NCBI GenBank assembly: GCA_951406725.2
Contig: OX597819.1
Location: forward strand, 42,656,001 to 42,720,000
Length of the DNA: 64,000 bases
DNA from: Octopus vulgaris
Taxonomy: Eukaryota
Direction of reading: 5' to 3'
Part shown: positions 24,247 through 37,508 of the stretch, piece after piece
Position numbering within the stretch: position 1 is the first letter of the stretch
Layout: every line of letters starts with the position of its first letter
Made by a program: the position numbers and the translations under genes
Notes under the pieces: model-generated
Told to the model about the DNA's origin: nothing
What the model saw: the letters and a program-made list of their open reading frames with translations, nothing else
Database searches by the model: none

Positions 24247-24301
24247 GTGCCTGATGAATACGTTTGATATATTTCTCAACATATGAAACTATTAGTACCA
24301 C
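24247..24301 (+). ncRNA. Degenerate type I hammerhead ribozyme motif
   Basis: gtgc-CTGATGA-atacgtttga(tatatttc)tcaacatat-GAAA-ctattag-TA-ccac; helices I and II are imperfect. Flanked by a 15-bp inverted repeat, acaatacatgtcttt (24206-24220) / aaagacatgtattgt (24304-24318). Confidence 0.55.
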
Positions 24302-24337
24302 TTAAAGACATGTATTGTGTCTTTCTAACTAAATAAT

Positions 24338-24385
<48 letters not shown>

Positions 24386-26995
24386 TAAATCATCAATCTT
24401 GTTATTTCCATCATATAAACAGTCCAGTTTTTCCCTCGGTCTTCCTCTTCATGTTCTTTCATGGTCTTTTCTAGCATCAGCAAAATTTTCTTTTTATATC
24501 ATCTTCCCTTACAACATGCTCAAATTATCTAAGATCTTGCTAACTCAGTTAGCTCCACTGAATTCCAAATTGTTCCATTACACATTGATTTGTCCTCTTT
24601 TTTTATTTTTGGTCTAGCTAGTTATTCTTAGCATCCTTTTATTACATCAAACTTGGAAACTCTCTTTTTTATCTTTTTCATTTCGTTCCATTTCATTTTT
24701 TGCTTTTGTTTAAGATCCCAGCAATCAAATCCATATGTTGCTGTTGGAAATATCAAAGCATACAGCAGTTTCTCTCTGGTCTTTTTTATTTATTGGACAA
24801 AATTTTTCAAATGTGGTTTAAAGAAATTACAGCAGATTTTGCTATTGCCATTTTTTCTTGTTTTATTTCTTTCCTGTCTTTGCATTGATTTGTAATAATA
24901 CTACTTCCAAGATAGCAAAAACTCATATGCTACTTTGACAGGTTGATTATCAATTATTATAGGATTATCTATAATATAAAAGATTGTAAAGAAAAAAATA
25001 ATCTGGAGTAAGTCCAAGAAAAATACTTAGTACAAGAGATGGTCTGCAGGAGCAGAAATATAAGACAGTTAACAAAAACTTGTAAAATAAGACGTTTTGA
25101 GTGCTACTACTGCTGCTGTGGCTGCTGTTGTTACCATTGTTCAATCCCAGATTGATCATGATTGAGGAGACCTATGATCAAAGACGTTCTAGCCATGACC
25201 ATTCCATCTTTTTTTTTAAAGATTAACTAGGGCTACATTTACTAGTGTGTCATTTCTTATTTTGATGGTATGGTGTGATTTCAGGGTGATTTGGCTGCTA
25301 AATCTAGCAAGTCAAGCAACTATGTAGAATGTGTTGTGACAAGAGGTGGAATCTGTTTTTTGGGATAGGCACTTTCAAAAGGAAATAACTTCTAAAATAA
25401 TTGATATATTTAAATAAGCTGCTGTGAAGATATGAACCACACTTTTGAGGTCTTTTGGTGGTGGTGGTGGTGGTGGTGGTGGTGGGTGGGTGTTTGTTAA
25501 TAGTACACTGAAGAGATTTCAGAAGAGATACACGGCAAGCCTGAAAGAGGTGATAACAACAAACTAGAAGATTTTATCTAAACAAAAGATAAACTAACAG
25601 AAGGAGATTCAGTAGTGTTCAGTAATATGAGAATAAGAAAAATGAAGTATGCCAAAATTGCAAGGCAATTTGCTTCTATGAACCATTATGTAATTGGGGA
25701 AATGTACGACTGCAAAAGTACTGTTAAACCAATATCACTCAACATGGAGATATGTGTCTGCACTGACACTAGTGAGATGAAGGAAATGTAAAAATCCATG
25801 TAATTTGTGCACCTGTGTAATTTACAAAGATGATTTTCAGGATAAAAATTATTGGAAAAAGCTTCTACTAACGTAAAAATTTGCACCCAAAAGTTTTCAG
25901 AGTCGCCGATATCGCCAGGGGAAAAAGGTTTTCAATTTGATTGTATTTAGCATAATTTCACTTGTTAGTGTTAATTAAATTTTCACTACATAAAAATAAT
26001 TTCTGTTTAACAAGTATCACATTAAAAGCTATTAAATTACAAAGTGTTCATGTTGTTTATAACATAAACACTTTGTTTACATTTCTTGCCCACAAGAGAT
26101 AATGTCCGATCATTAGCATACTGCTGTATGTCTTCTTAAATCACGATCTCAGGAAAAGTTGTTGATAAGAATTATCAAAAAAACAAAGCTGATAAGTACG
26201 CACAGGTGTTGCAAATTAAGTTTAATTACCAATAAGTATCAGCTTGAATGACACTTTACTCAACTGAGTAAAATATGTCCTAGGCCGTGATTACCAGCAT
26301 GAACGTCAGACTTCAAAAACCATTTAATGGTTTCAGTAAATTTATAAAGAAAACATAAGCATTATACTGTCCAGCATACCAGCATGGAGAACAGACATTA
26401 AATAATGATGATGGTGATATTATATACATACCATAAAAACCCATTTAATTACACATTTTTTTAGCATGGAAAGTAGATGTTAAATGATGATGATGATGAT
26501 GATGATGATGAGCCATTGAAGAAACTGTTGTCATCAACTGACTAAAATTTCAAGCACTTCCAAAACAAAATTAGACAATACAGTGCTGCACTACAGATGA
26601 TATCATTTGGAGCCACAAGACATTAACTCATTCAGGATTCATACAAACTTTCAAGATACAAGTTCAGATTTATCATCGGATTGGCTCTCTAATACGTCTG
26701 TCAAATGAATCACCAAAATCGGCCTTTCATTGTTTATAATTTGTACCTGTTTTTTGGTTACAAAATAAGCTACACAAAACGTGTTTTTGAATTATCTGTA
26801 TTTACTTTATATACATATATGAGTTGAAAACTTTCTTTTAACATTTCACTTAACATCTATGTTTCATGCTGGCATAGGTTGGAGAGTTATTAATGTACAA
26901 AGTTGGCATCTCACCTACTAGCAGTTGAGACCTGTGTAATCTAGAGGGTGTTTTTAATTTCATTCTTCTCTTTAACCCGAGCAATATATCTGCTA

Positions 26996-27030
<35 letters not shown>

Positions 27031-27045
27031 GTATGTATGTATGTA

Positions 27046-29374
27046 GGTATGGCAACTGCAGGAGAAATTCCTAACCAAAGATAAACCCCTACTCTTGGCT
27101 TTTGTGGACTTGGAGAAAGCCTTTGACAGGGTCCTCCGATCCCTCATCTGGTGAGCCATGCAGAAACTAGGGATTGACGAATGGTTAATAAAGGCTTTAC
27201 AGAGATGCTGTTAGTAAGGTTAGGATTGGCAATGAGTATAGTGAAGAATTCCAGGTAGAAGTAGGGGTCCACCAAGGATCAACCCTCAGCCCCCTCTTAT
27301 TCATCATAGTCCTCTAGGCAATAACAGAGGAATTCAAGACAGGTTGTCCCTGGGAGCTCCTCTATGCTGATGACTTGGCTCTCATAGCAGAATCACTACA
27401 AGAACTAGAGAAGAAATTTCAGGTGAGGAAGCAAGGTTTAGAACCGAAGGGCCTTAGAGTCAATGTCGCAAAAACCAAAGTCTTAGTAAGAAGAAAGGCG
27501 AATACATCACACACCCCTTCAGGTAGATGGCTCTACTCAATCTGTAGAAAAGGTGTAGGTAGAAACTCTATAAGATGTACTCAGTGTAAGCTGTGGATGC
27601 ATAAGAGGTGCAGCAACATCAAAGGAAGATTAACTGGGAAGATAGCTTTCGTGTGTGGCAGATGCACAGGGGAAATAAACACTCTTGGTATTCATATGTA
27701 TATTCAGTAGTAATCCATGTAGAATGCTGGTAAGTTCAGGTAGTAGTAAATCTAAAGTGTAGGAGGTTAAAGCAGGATAAAACTGGTGCAGCCACATGAG
27801 CATACGATATATAGTTGAAATTTACCGAAAAACAAAAGACGAAGACAGGTGTATAAACAACAAGCAAGTGTATTAGTTTGATGTTCAGGAAAGTGAGAAA
27901 GTCTTTTATGTTTCGAGCTCTTCAACAGAAAAGAATAAGAAAACATAAACAGAGAATAAAAAAAACTTGTGCATTTAGCGGTCAAGCATGGCGACTATAT
28001 ATATATATATATATTTCTATAGATAGATTAGATAGATAAATACTAGAATCAGAGGGCCTTAGAGTCAACATAGCTAAAACTAAAGTCTTCATCAGTAGGA
28101 AGGTAGACAAACCACAAATCTCTTCAGGTAGATGGCTGTGCTTGATCTGTTGGAAAAGCGTAGGTAGAAACTCCATAAGATGTACCCTGTGTAAGCTATG
28201 GACACATAAGAGGTGCAGCAATATCAAAGGAAGGCTAACTGGGAAGATAGTTTTTGTATGTAGCAAATGCTCAGGTGCTATAAACACTGAAAATGTGCAG
28301 AGAACAGCTTCTGTCACATTTCAGGGAGAAAAACTACAAGTAGTTGATAGATTCCGTTACCTTGGGGACCAAGTCAGTAGTGGGTGGGTGGATGCTCTGA
28401 AGTGTAGCTACTAGAATAAGAATAGCCTGGGCAAAGTTCAGAGAGCTCCTACCTCTGCTGGTGACAAAGGGCCTCTCACTCAGAGTAAAAGGTAGACTGT
28501 ATGACGCATGTGTACGAACAGCCATGCTACATGGCAGTGAAACATGGGCCGTGACTGCCGAGGACATGCGTAAGCTCGCAAGGAATGAAGCCAGTATGCT
28601 CCGTTGGATGTGTAATGTCAGTGTGAATATACGACAGAGTGTAAGCGCCCTGAGAGAAAAAGTTGAATTTAAGAAGCATCAGATGTAGTGTGCAAGAGAG
28701 ACAACTGCGCTGGTATGGTCATGTGTTGCAAGTGAATGAGAACAGCTGTGTGAAAAAGTGTCACACCCTAGCAGTTGAGGGAACCTGTGGAAGAGGTAGA
28801 CCCAGGAAGAGTGGGAGGAGATGGTGAAGTATGACCTTCAAACATTGGACCTTACCCAGGCAATGACTAGTGACTGAGACCTTTGGAGGAATGATGTGCT
28901 TGAGAAGACCCAACAAGCCAAGTGAGACCATAACCTATGGCCTATGCTAGTGGGTGTAACCAGCCCACTTATGAGTACCCCTCATTCATAGGACAATAAA
29001 CTTTGCTTGTGAAGACCTGTTGAGACCAGTGAAATCAAAATCACCGACGCAGCTGATGACAGTACCGCCTGATTGGCACTTGTGCTAGCAGAATGTTAAA
29101 AGCACCATCCGAGTGTGATTGTTGCCAGGGCTGCTGATTTGCTCCTGTGCCAGTAGCATATAAAAACCACCTTTTAAGTGTGGTCGTTGCCAGAACCATC
29201 TGACTGGCCTTCATGCCAGTGGCAAGTAAAAGCACCCACTGCACTCTCAGAGTGGTTGGTCTTAGGAAGGGCATCCAGCTGTAGAAACTTTGCCAGATTG
29301 GAGCCTGGTGCAGCCTTTTGGCTTGCCCATGCCAGCATGGAAAGTGGATGTTAAACGACAATGATGATGATGAT
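27046..29374 (+). mobile_element. Degenerate RTE-clade LINE in two overlapping fragments (27046-27682; 28041-29374), with PHD finger, 3' UTR repeats and (GAT)n tail
   Basis: AFVDLEKAFDRV, GVHQGSTLSPLLF, LLYADDL, then a C4HC3 finger, FRYLGD and MLHGSETWAV; stops and frameshifts present. A smaller fragment of this family lies at about 41490-41900 and probably at 20470-20620. Confidence 0.85.
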
Positions 29375-29375
29375 A

Positions 29376-29386
29376 AACACACATAC

Positions 29387-29464
<78 letters not shown>

Positions 29465-30100
29465 TCACATATACATATATATATACATCTACATATCCCA
29501 CATACATATCCACGAATATATACATGCACTTATACACACACACACACATACAGATATATACACACCTACATACACACACACACACATATATACAATATAC
29601 ACACATATACATATACACACACATACATACATATACACATATACATACAAAAATGTACACACACATTTACATATACACCCCCCACACACATATATATATA
29701 TACACACATTTATATGTATTGACATATCTCAAGACAGGTGCATATATACACAGATTTTTTTACATGTGTACATACACACCCACATAAATGTATTAACCTA
29801 CTTGTATGTGCATGTATGCATACATAAACATATAAACGTGTGTGTGTGCATTTATGTATATATATATATACAACCACACACACCCATATACCCATGTACA
29901 CATACATATGCACACATGTACAGTATACACATACAATACATACATACACAAGAGGGTGTACATCCATACAAACATATATTCCTATATATATTTTCTTATA
30001 CATACACACATGCATGCACACATACAGAGATACATATATACTCACATACCCACACATATACTCATATATATAGTCCATAAAAGTGTGTATACTCATATGT
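29376..30100. repeat. Long compound (TA)n/(CA)n/(TACA)n low-complexity tract
   Basis: Seen directly; it explains the cluster of spurious Y/I/H/T-rich ORFs. Confidence 0.95.
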
Positions 30101-30109
30101 AGTTCTTAT

Positions 30110-31672
30110 TATTCAGGCACTGCTTGCTTGGTGTCTTTCTGTAGATTATTGGGATGGTAGTTCCAGTGATTTTGGTATTAATTTTTTGTTCAATTTCAGT
30201 TGGTATTTCCAAATAAAATATTCTTCCTTTGTCTTACAAAAGTGTTCATTTTCTGTCCATAGTTTGAAGAAAGGGAATTTAGTATTCTTTGCATTCGGGA
30301 CATGTGGCACAGTAATTTAGGTTTCTAGATTTGTAATCCATATTTGCATTTATTTTAAAGGTGTTGTTGTCTTTGAAAGTAATTTTCTCCTTCTTTAATG
30401 TAATCACACGTTCCACAGCAAGAGTCACCACATTTCTGAACTCTCTTTGTTGTTTCTCTAGTTGTAAATCTTGCTTGGGTTAAGAGCTTTTTTAGATTGG
30501 GTGCTTGATGTCTGCTATAAATTATTTTTGTTTATTCTTGATGATTGTTGAAGAATTGGGAGGTATCTTTTTGCAGTATTGATGATGTGATTTCTTGGGT
30601 TGTGGGTGATGACAAAAGGAATGCTTATGAGTTCATTTTTATATCTGTGTGTTTGTTTTGCTCTGAGGTCTGTAGTTAGGGTGTTTTTTACTTTGGTGAT
30701 TGCTGTGTCAAATAAACTAGTGGGATATTTTTTCTTTTACAAATATTTTTAATTCCTGTAATCTTTTATCCCTTAATCCTGCATCTATTACTATAGTGCA
30801 AATTTGTTTTGCCATATTAAAGAGTATGTTTCTCTTGGTATGTAAGGGATGGGAGGGATGAAAGTTCAAATGTGGGTTTGTAGAAGAGATCTGTTTTTAT
30901 GGTGTTATTTTCTTTAATTAGCAGTATGTCTGGAAAAGGTAATTCATTTGTGTGTTGTTCCATGGCAAATGTTATTGAGGTTTGTAAATTATTTAAAAGT
31001 GAGTGAAAGATTCCTAAGTCTTCTTGGCTTTTGGTCCTGAATATAAAGCAGTCATCCAAATATCACTTCCATTTTTTTATATATATATAAATGGTGAATT
31101 GTTTGTTAAACACTTTGTTAGTTGAGAATAGAGCTTGACCTCTAAGAAGCCCATTACAAATGTTGCATAGGTGGGGGCTGTTTTTGTCCCTATTGCCATT
31201 CCTTTTATTTATAAGTAGAAGTTGTCAAAGAAGTGATAATTTTCCAGTATTAATTTTAGTCCTTCTAAAACAAAGGTTTTTGAGAATCTTTCCATGATAT
31301 GATTCGGTAGTTTTGTTAACCAGAAATCTATGGCTTCAATTCCTAGGTCATGTGGGATATTGGTGTATAGACTAGCTACATCAAAAGTAACAAGAATTGT
31401 CTTCTGGTGGACACTTTTAGGTATGTAGTTTAAGAAATCCATATCATCCTGGACAAAGCTTGTTATCATTTTGCATAAAGGTTTTAGAACTATATTAAGT
31501 TGCTTAAGCATTGTGTGCTGGATGCTGGTCCTGCAATGATTGGACATAGTTTCATATGTTGAATTGTTTCTTTTTATGTTGTCTTGGATTTCTTTTGATT
31601 TGTGAATCTTGGGTAAACCATAGAAGTTACCGGTTTTTACTTCGAAGTTGGTTAAATAATTAACTTCATTCT
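30110..31672 (-). pseudogene. Penelope-like element relic (RT plus probable GIY-YIG region)
   Basis: NFYGLPKIH near 31600-31630, LVTFDVASLYTNIP, MAIGTKTAPTYATFVMG, YLDDCF and TDLFYKPT are typical PLE RT/thumb motifs; many disablements. The GIY-YIG part is inferred from position. Confidence 0.8.
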
Positions 31673-31948
31673 CAGGTTATTATGCTATTTTGCGACCAGT
31701 TTATGTATCTTGCACATGGTATTTTTATCCTCGTTTTATACATATACAACATTATCATCATCATCATCATTATTATTATTTGGACAGCAAGCTGGCAGAG
31801 TTGTTAGCATGCTGGAAGAAATGCTTAGTGATATTTCACCTATCGCTACATTCTGAGTTCAAATTCTCTTGAAGTCACCTTTGCCTTTTGTCTTTTCAGG
31901 GTCAATGTAATCGACTAGTCCTCTTCCTTCCAATTTCAGGTAGAAAGG

Positions 31949-31983
<35 letters not shown>

Positions 31984-32994
31984 GATTGGATGCTGCTTGT
32001 GGATTTCAAAGAGGAAGGATGTGTGTTTGTGAGCTGTAAGTTTTTGTGCAATTTTTTACAGATAATATTGTTGTATCTGAAAATTTTTAAGGACATTTCT
32101 GCGGCTAAGCTGACTGGGCTCTTGCTGAGCTGAGTGGTTAGGCAGGGAAAAGTCTACTACTATGGCATTGTATAGAGGGTTAGTGATGAAAGGAAATGAT
32201 GATGTTCTTGGGGAGACTCTAGGCGTCAATGAATTTCAACTCGCCACTCTGTTCCAGAGGACTTTCGGGCCGGGCTTATGGATAACTTCCAGAAATCCCT
32301 GACCTGGCAGTGCTACCAGGGTCTACAAGCACAGAAGTGCTATCAGTCAGATCTGCCTGAGATGTGCGCAGTGCGATGAAACTGTTTTGCATGCACACGT
32401 CCAATGCCTGAGCATATGTGATATATGAGTTTATGTTGAAGATCTGCTGGTACATATAGGATGTGTCCACTTGTTGGCTGATTCCATCATGAGGATTGCC
32501 CCATCGCCTTCCTTTGGCCAGTAAAGGGAGGCACTTTTCATCTGCCTTGTGGCTGTAGTGAAAGAAGTTGTGTGGTGGTCTAGACTGAAAGGGCTGAAGA
32601 CAGATACTTTCCTCTTTGGCCTACCCCTCATCAACTTTTTCAGATATCAACTAAAAAGGAAAGTGAGGGTTGAGAGAGAAGTGATGATCTCCAGCAAATT
32701 TGTTGACAGGAGGGTGAATGTGGCAAAGATGGTCCGTGTCAATGGGCCTACTTTGAGCATGCGCTTTGGAGTTTGCAAGGCTGAGTGAGGGCTCTTGTCC
32801 TATTAGTTGTGGCACTTGTAGATTTTTTGTGGGGGCCCCATGAGCAGTCCTGAGTTGCTTACCTCTTTTAGGCATTTTCTTTGTTATATTTTTCATTGTT
32901 ATCGACTTTTTACACAACACTTTACGTAACCCCACTTTGTCCTTCATGTTTTGTAATGTCTAATCTTATTTTTGTGGGCCCTTGTGGCTAATAA
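31984..32994 (+). mobile_element. 5'-truncated Tx1/L1-clade LINE 3' end
   Basis: CCHC knuckle CLRCAQCDETVLHAHVQC at about 32354-32408; T-rich 3' UTR ending in aataaa; flanked on both sides by agaaaggat(tat)n (31942-31983 and 32995-33026), a probable TSD. Confidence 0.7.
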
Positions 32995-34381
32995 AGAAAG
33001 GATTATTATTATTATTATTATTATTATCATTACCTACAATGTATAAGTATAAGCTATATCAGCACTCCTTTCTACACATCATTGTATATTTTGTATCTAT
33101 CTTTGAAATGCTCTTAAACATTTGTCAGGGTTTTTGGTTTGGGAGTGGCCTATTAGTTGCATGTCTGGTTTTGTTACTAGTTTACTTGTCAGCCAACGCC
33201 CTGTCATCTGTATGACACTGTCAATAACAAAATTATATTATCGTGCAGAGGTGCATGTGTGACTAAGACAGTCACTTCAATTCCACTACATGGTACTTTG
33301 GACAAGTGTCTTAATAACAACCTTGGGTTGACCAAAGCCTTTATCATCATCATCATGGTTTCAAAGTCCACTTTTCCCATGCTTGCAAGGGTCACACAAA
33401 ACTTGCTGAGGCAGAATTTTTTTTACAGTTGGATACTTCCACTTTTATCAACTCTCACCTGTTTCCAAGCAAAGTAAATATTTCTCTCTAGTCCTTCACA
33501 TACATACAGTCCAATGGTCAGACATGTTTTCATGGAAGATTGCAAATGAGCAATACTACTTGTATGAGAGCAATGTTTCTTTACGGTAGTGTTGGTGTCA
33601 AGACAAGACAAACACATGTGCACACACACACGCACGCGTGCACACACACACACACACACACGCACACAGAGGTTATTTTTTCAGTTTCCATTGACCTAGT
33701 TCACTTATACAGCTTTGATTGACCCAGTACTAAAGTTGAAGATACCTGTTCAAGGCACACCACAGTGGAACTGAATCCAAAACTACATGAGTGAAATTAA
33801 GTAGATCGAAACTGTGCATCACTTTTGTTAGACTGTATCTGTTACTGAGTAGTTGACTTAATCTGTTGGCTGGTCTAGCGCTCTCTCCCTCTGCCACCTG
33901 GCCCTTCGGTGCATTTAGCAGATTCTGCTGTATTGCAGGAATTCAAACTGTACTTCGTCTGTACTTCTCACAAGTCCTGAAGATCTTGAAAAGGATCGAG
34001 GTTGCTGTTATTTTTCCTACAACTAAGATAAATTTTTTTTTTAATAAATTAACTGCCACATGGTTCACTGATGGTTCATCACAAACTTCACAATGTGTAC
34101 TACCTGTGGTACCAGTTGTACACTTTCATAATTTGAGATAACATTTTATTCTGTATTTTTATCACGGTTTTGAGGATATTGAAATAACTTGAGAGCTAAA
34201 TATTATACCTTAATTATGAAATAAGTTGAACACACAGATACCTCTTTCTGTCACAGCTGTCGCTACACTGAGATCAATAGCGCATGAAATAAGTTCCAGT
34301 AACAGGCTGTGGCAGTTAATGTGGTAAAATATCAACTCTAAATTGTTCACTCCACTTGATTCCTTGCTAAATACTGTAAAT

Positions 34382-34616
34382 CAGTGGGTCACGACCATTT
34401 TTTGCCTATGCACCCTTTTGATTCCTATTTTCATTGGGTGGACATTTATAGCTATTCAATGTTTAAAAAAATCCTATTATATTTTTATTATTAAATATTA
34501 TTAAGAGCTGCATAAAAAAATTGCTAAAATAGTTTGTTTATTGTAGAAATATAAACAATTTATTACACATAAATTTTAACACAAAATCTTATATGGACCC
34601 TGATTGAGAAACACTG
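34382..34616. mobile_element. hAT-type MITE
   Basis: CAGTG...CACTG termini; 8-bp TSD ctgtaaat/ctgtgaat (7/8). Related copies at about 36881-37103 and 58869-59083(-). Confidence 0.75.
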
Positions 34617-35496
34617 CTGTGAATAGTTAGAGGCTTGAACCTACAGACAAATGATCAATGGTATAGCAACTTAGATTCATAGTGATTTTTGACAAGACAC
34701 AGAAGCTTTATATTGTTTAGTCCCAAGGTAGCCCTGATCCATCTGGCATACGTTCATTGGTGTTCAGCATTAAACATACCATCTTTATTTATTTTTTTTT
34801 TCTGAATAGACCTTCCATTCTGAAAACAGCAAGCGATTGAGACATTTGGCTATTTGCTGTGCTTGAGAAGACTCATCAAGCCAAGTGAAATTGTAGTCAT
34901 AGCCAATGCCAGTGACACATAAAAAGTACCCATACCAGTGACACATAAAAGGCACCTGTGCTGGTGGCATGTAAAAGGCATTTACTATGTTCTTTGAATG
35001 GTTGTTCATTAGGAAGAGCATCCAACTGTAGAAACCAAACCAAATCAGATTGGAACTTGGTACAGCCCTCCACTCAAACTCTCTAACACATGCTAGCATG
35101 GAAAGCAGAAATTAAATGATGGTGGTGGTGATGATGATGATGGTGATGGTGATGATGATAAGCTAAGATTTAAGGGAGATTTGGCTGCTATTTCTAGTTA
35201 TGCAAAATGACCATATAGATATACCTTCCTGGTTGGTTTATGAGGCACTATGATATAGGACAAAAGGGCAATGAAAGGTCATTTCCCACATACCTTTCCC
35301 AAGAGGACTTGTCACAAAGATGAAGTGAACATATTTCACATAAGAATTTCACTGATTTGTGGGCTTTCTTATTCAAGAACTTATTTCTCTGACACTTCTC
35401 ACATGCACTATCCCCAAAAAAGGAGCTTTGACTTGCATCCTTTCAGAGTTGATAAAATAAAATATCAGTCAAGTACAGGAGTTGAGTGATTTAATC

Positions 35497-35756
35497 CAGT
35501 GGTTCCCATACTTTTTAGGGTTGCTGCCCCCTTGGCACCCAGGCCACATTCCTTGAGCTACCCCTCCCACCTCTACACCACAAACACAGACCACTTTCTA
35601 CCGCAAATTCAAAACAATTTTATTTCACAAATAAAACTTAACCTAATTAACCCATTATTAACTCATTGTTCCCTTTTAGCCACTCCTTTATCACACCCAC
35701 TTTTCTTCAACACCCACCCCGCTGGATCTTTCTACTGCCCACTTTGGGAACCACTG
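35497..35756. mobile_element. hAT-type MITE inserted in a SINE
   Basis: TIR cagtggttccca / tgggaaccactg; TSD atttaatc/atttaatt (7/8). Confidence 0.8.
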
Positions 35757-37273
35757 ATTTAATTAACTAAATCCCTTCCCACTGAATTTCTGGTTTTGTA
35801 TCTAGCGAAGAAGTAATTATTGCTCTCTAAGTTCTGTGTTCAAATCCTACTGTGGTCAACGTCATTTTTCATTTTTTCTAGGGCTGATTAAATACAATAC
35901 CAGTTAAATATTAAGGTTGATTTAATTGACTAACCCCTTGTACTTATATTAGGAATTATTATTTAATCGTTGTTGCAGACTCATGATCAAAGACCACCCC
36001 CCGGCTTTCACAACTTCTATTTTTTAGGACATGGAGGGTGAAGTATTTTGCACTGCATTTTCTAATGTGTCCTTCACTTTCTTAAGATGATGGAGTGAGA
36101 TGAGAAAAATTTGGCTGCTATTACTTGTAAGTTGAGTGACCATGTTGAAGCTATCAGAAGGATGGGGGAGGAGGAGAGGAAAAGGAGGAATAGGATGACG
36201 ATAACAACAATGACTATGACGATAATCATGATGAAGATGATGATTACGGTGATGATGATTGTCACAATGACAATGATAATGAAGTCATGCGTCATTTTGT
36301 TTTAATTTTGGAGGATTTGAACATAGAACTTAACCATAAATATATACTGATAAATAATTTCTTACATGGGCACTAGGTCAGAAATTTGTTGTGAGTGGGG
36401 TTAGTCCATTAACCCAATCCTATACATGAGAGGTACTTTATTTTATTGACCCTAGAAGGATGAAAGACAAAGTTTGACTGCAGGATGATTTGAACTTGGA
36501 ACATAAAGAGCTATAACTTAATATAGTTCCTAGTGGTTAGGGTGTTGGACTTGTGATCATAAGATTGTCATTTCAATTCCTGAAGCAGGTGATGTATTGT
36601 GTTCTTGAGCAACCAGACAAGGTAAATACAACAGTAATGTTGCATTCTAATAATATATCCAAAAGAGATCAATAGAATAAGAACCTGACTTAAAAAATTA
36701 GTTCTGGAGTCAATTTGTTTGACTAAAACTGCTCAACGTGGTACCCCAGTATGACCACAGTCCAATGACTGAAGCAAATGAAATTAAAATGCTTGTGAAT
36801 GAAGCACAGAGTATGTTCTTTCACCTGTTTCAGTCATTAAACTTCAACCAAGCTAGGGTACTGCCTTGAAGGGTCCAGCCCAGTGTTTCTCAACCATTTT
36901 TGATCTATGGACCCCTTTGATTCCTATTTTACTCAGATGGACCCTCCTAGCCATTTGTTGTTTAAAAAAAATCCCTATTATATTTATATAATTAAATATT
37001 ATTAGGAATTGTATAAAAATAATTATAAAAATATTTTGTTTATTGTAGAAGTACAACCAATTTATTACAGATATATTTTAACAACAAAAGTCTTATATGG
37101 ACCTAGTTTAGTTGAACAAATCAACCCCAGTACATATTTTTTTCTAAGTCAGGCACATAGTCTATTGTTCTCTTTTTGTTAAACTTTTAGGTTACAGGGG
37201 CATAAACTAATTGACACTGATTGTCAAGAGGTGGTGGGGGACACAAAACCTCACACACACACATGCATATATA

Positions 37274-37508
37274 CCTGGTGTTCAAAAAGTCCCTCAGCAG
37301 TGAATTTTGTCATCCTGCACATCACTATGGTGCTACTTCAAGAGTTTTTTTGGAGAATGGACTATTTCAAAAGGACTTTGGCCACCAAGATCATCTGATT
37401 TGACACCATCAGACATTTTTTGTCTGGGGAGCAAGTAAAGGATCAGTGTGCAAGAATCACCTGAAAACCATTAAATACTTACTGCAGAGAGACTTTTTGA
37501 ATACCCTG
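37274..37508 (+). mobile_element. Tc1/mariner deletion derivative
   Basis: TA-flanked TIRs (ggtgttcaaaaagtc / gactttttgaatacc); internal transposase remnant WPPRSSDLTPSD (WPPRSPDLTP-type motif). Confidence 0.7.

Noticed and set aside
29041-30102. Many overlapping ORFs up to 239 aa
   Set aside because: Translations of TA/CA microsatellite.
36074-36305. Hydrophobic or Met-rich ORFs
   Set aside because: Degenerate (GAT)n trinucleotide repeat.
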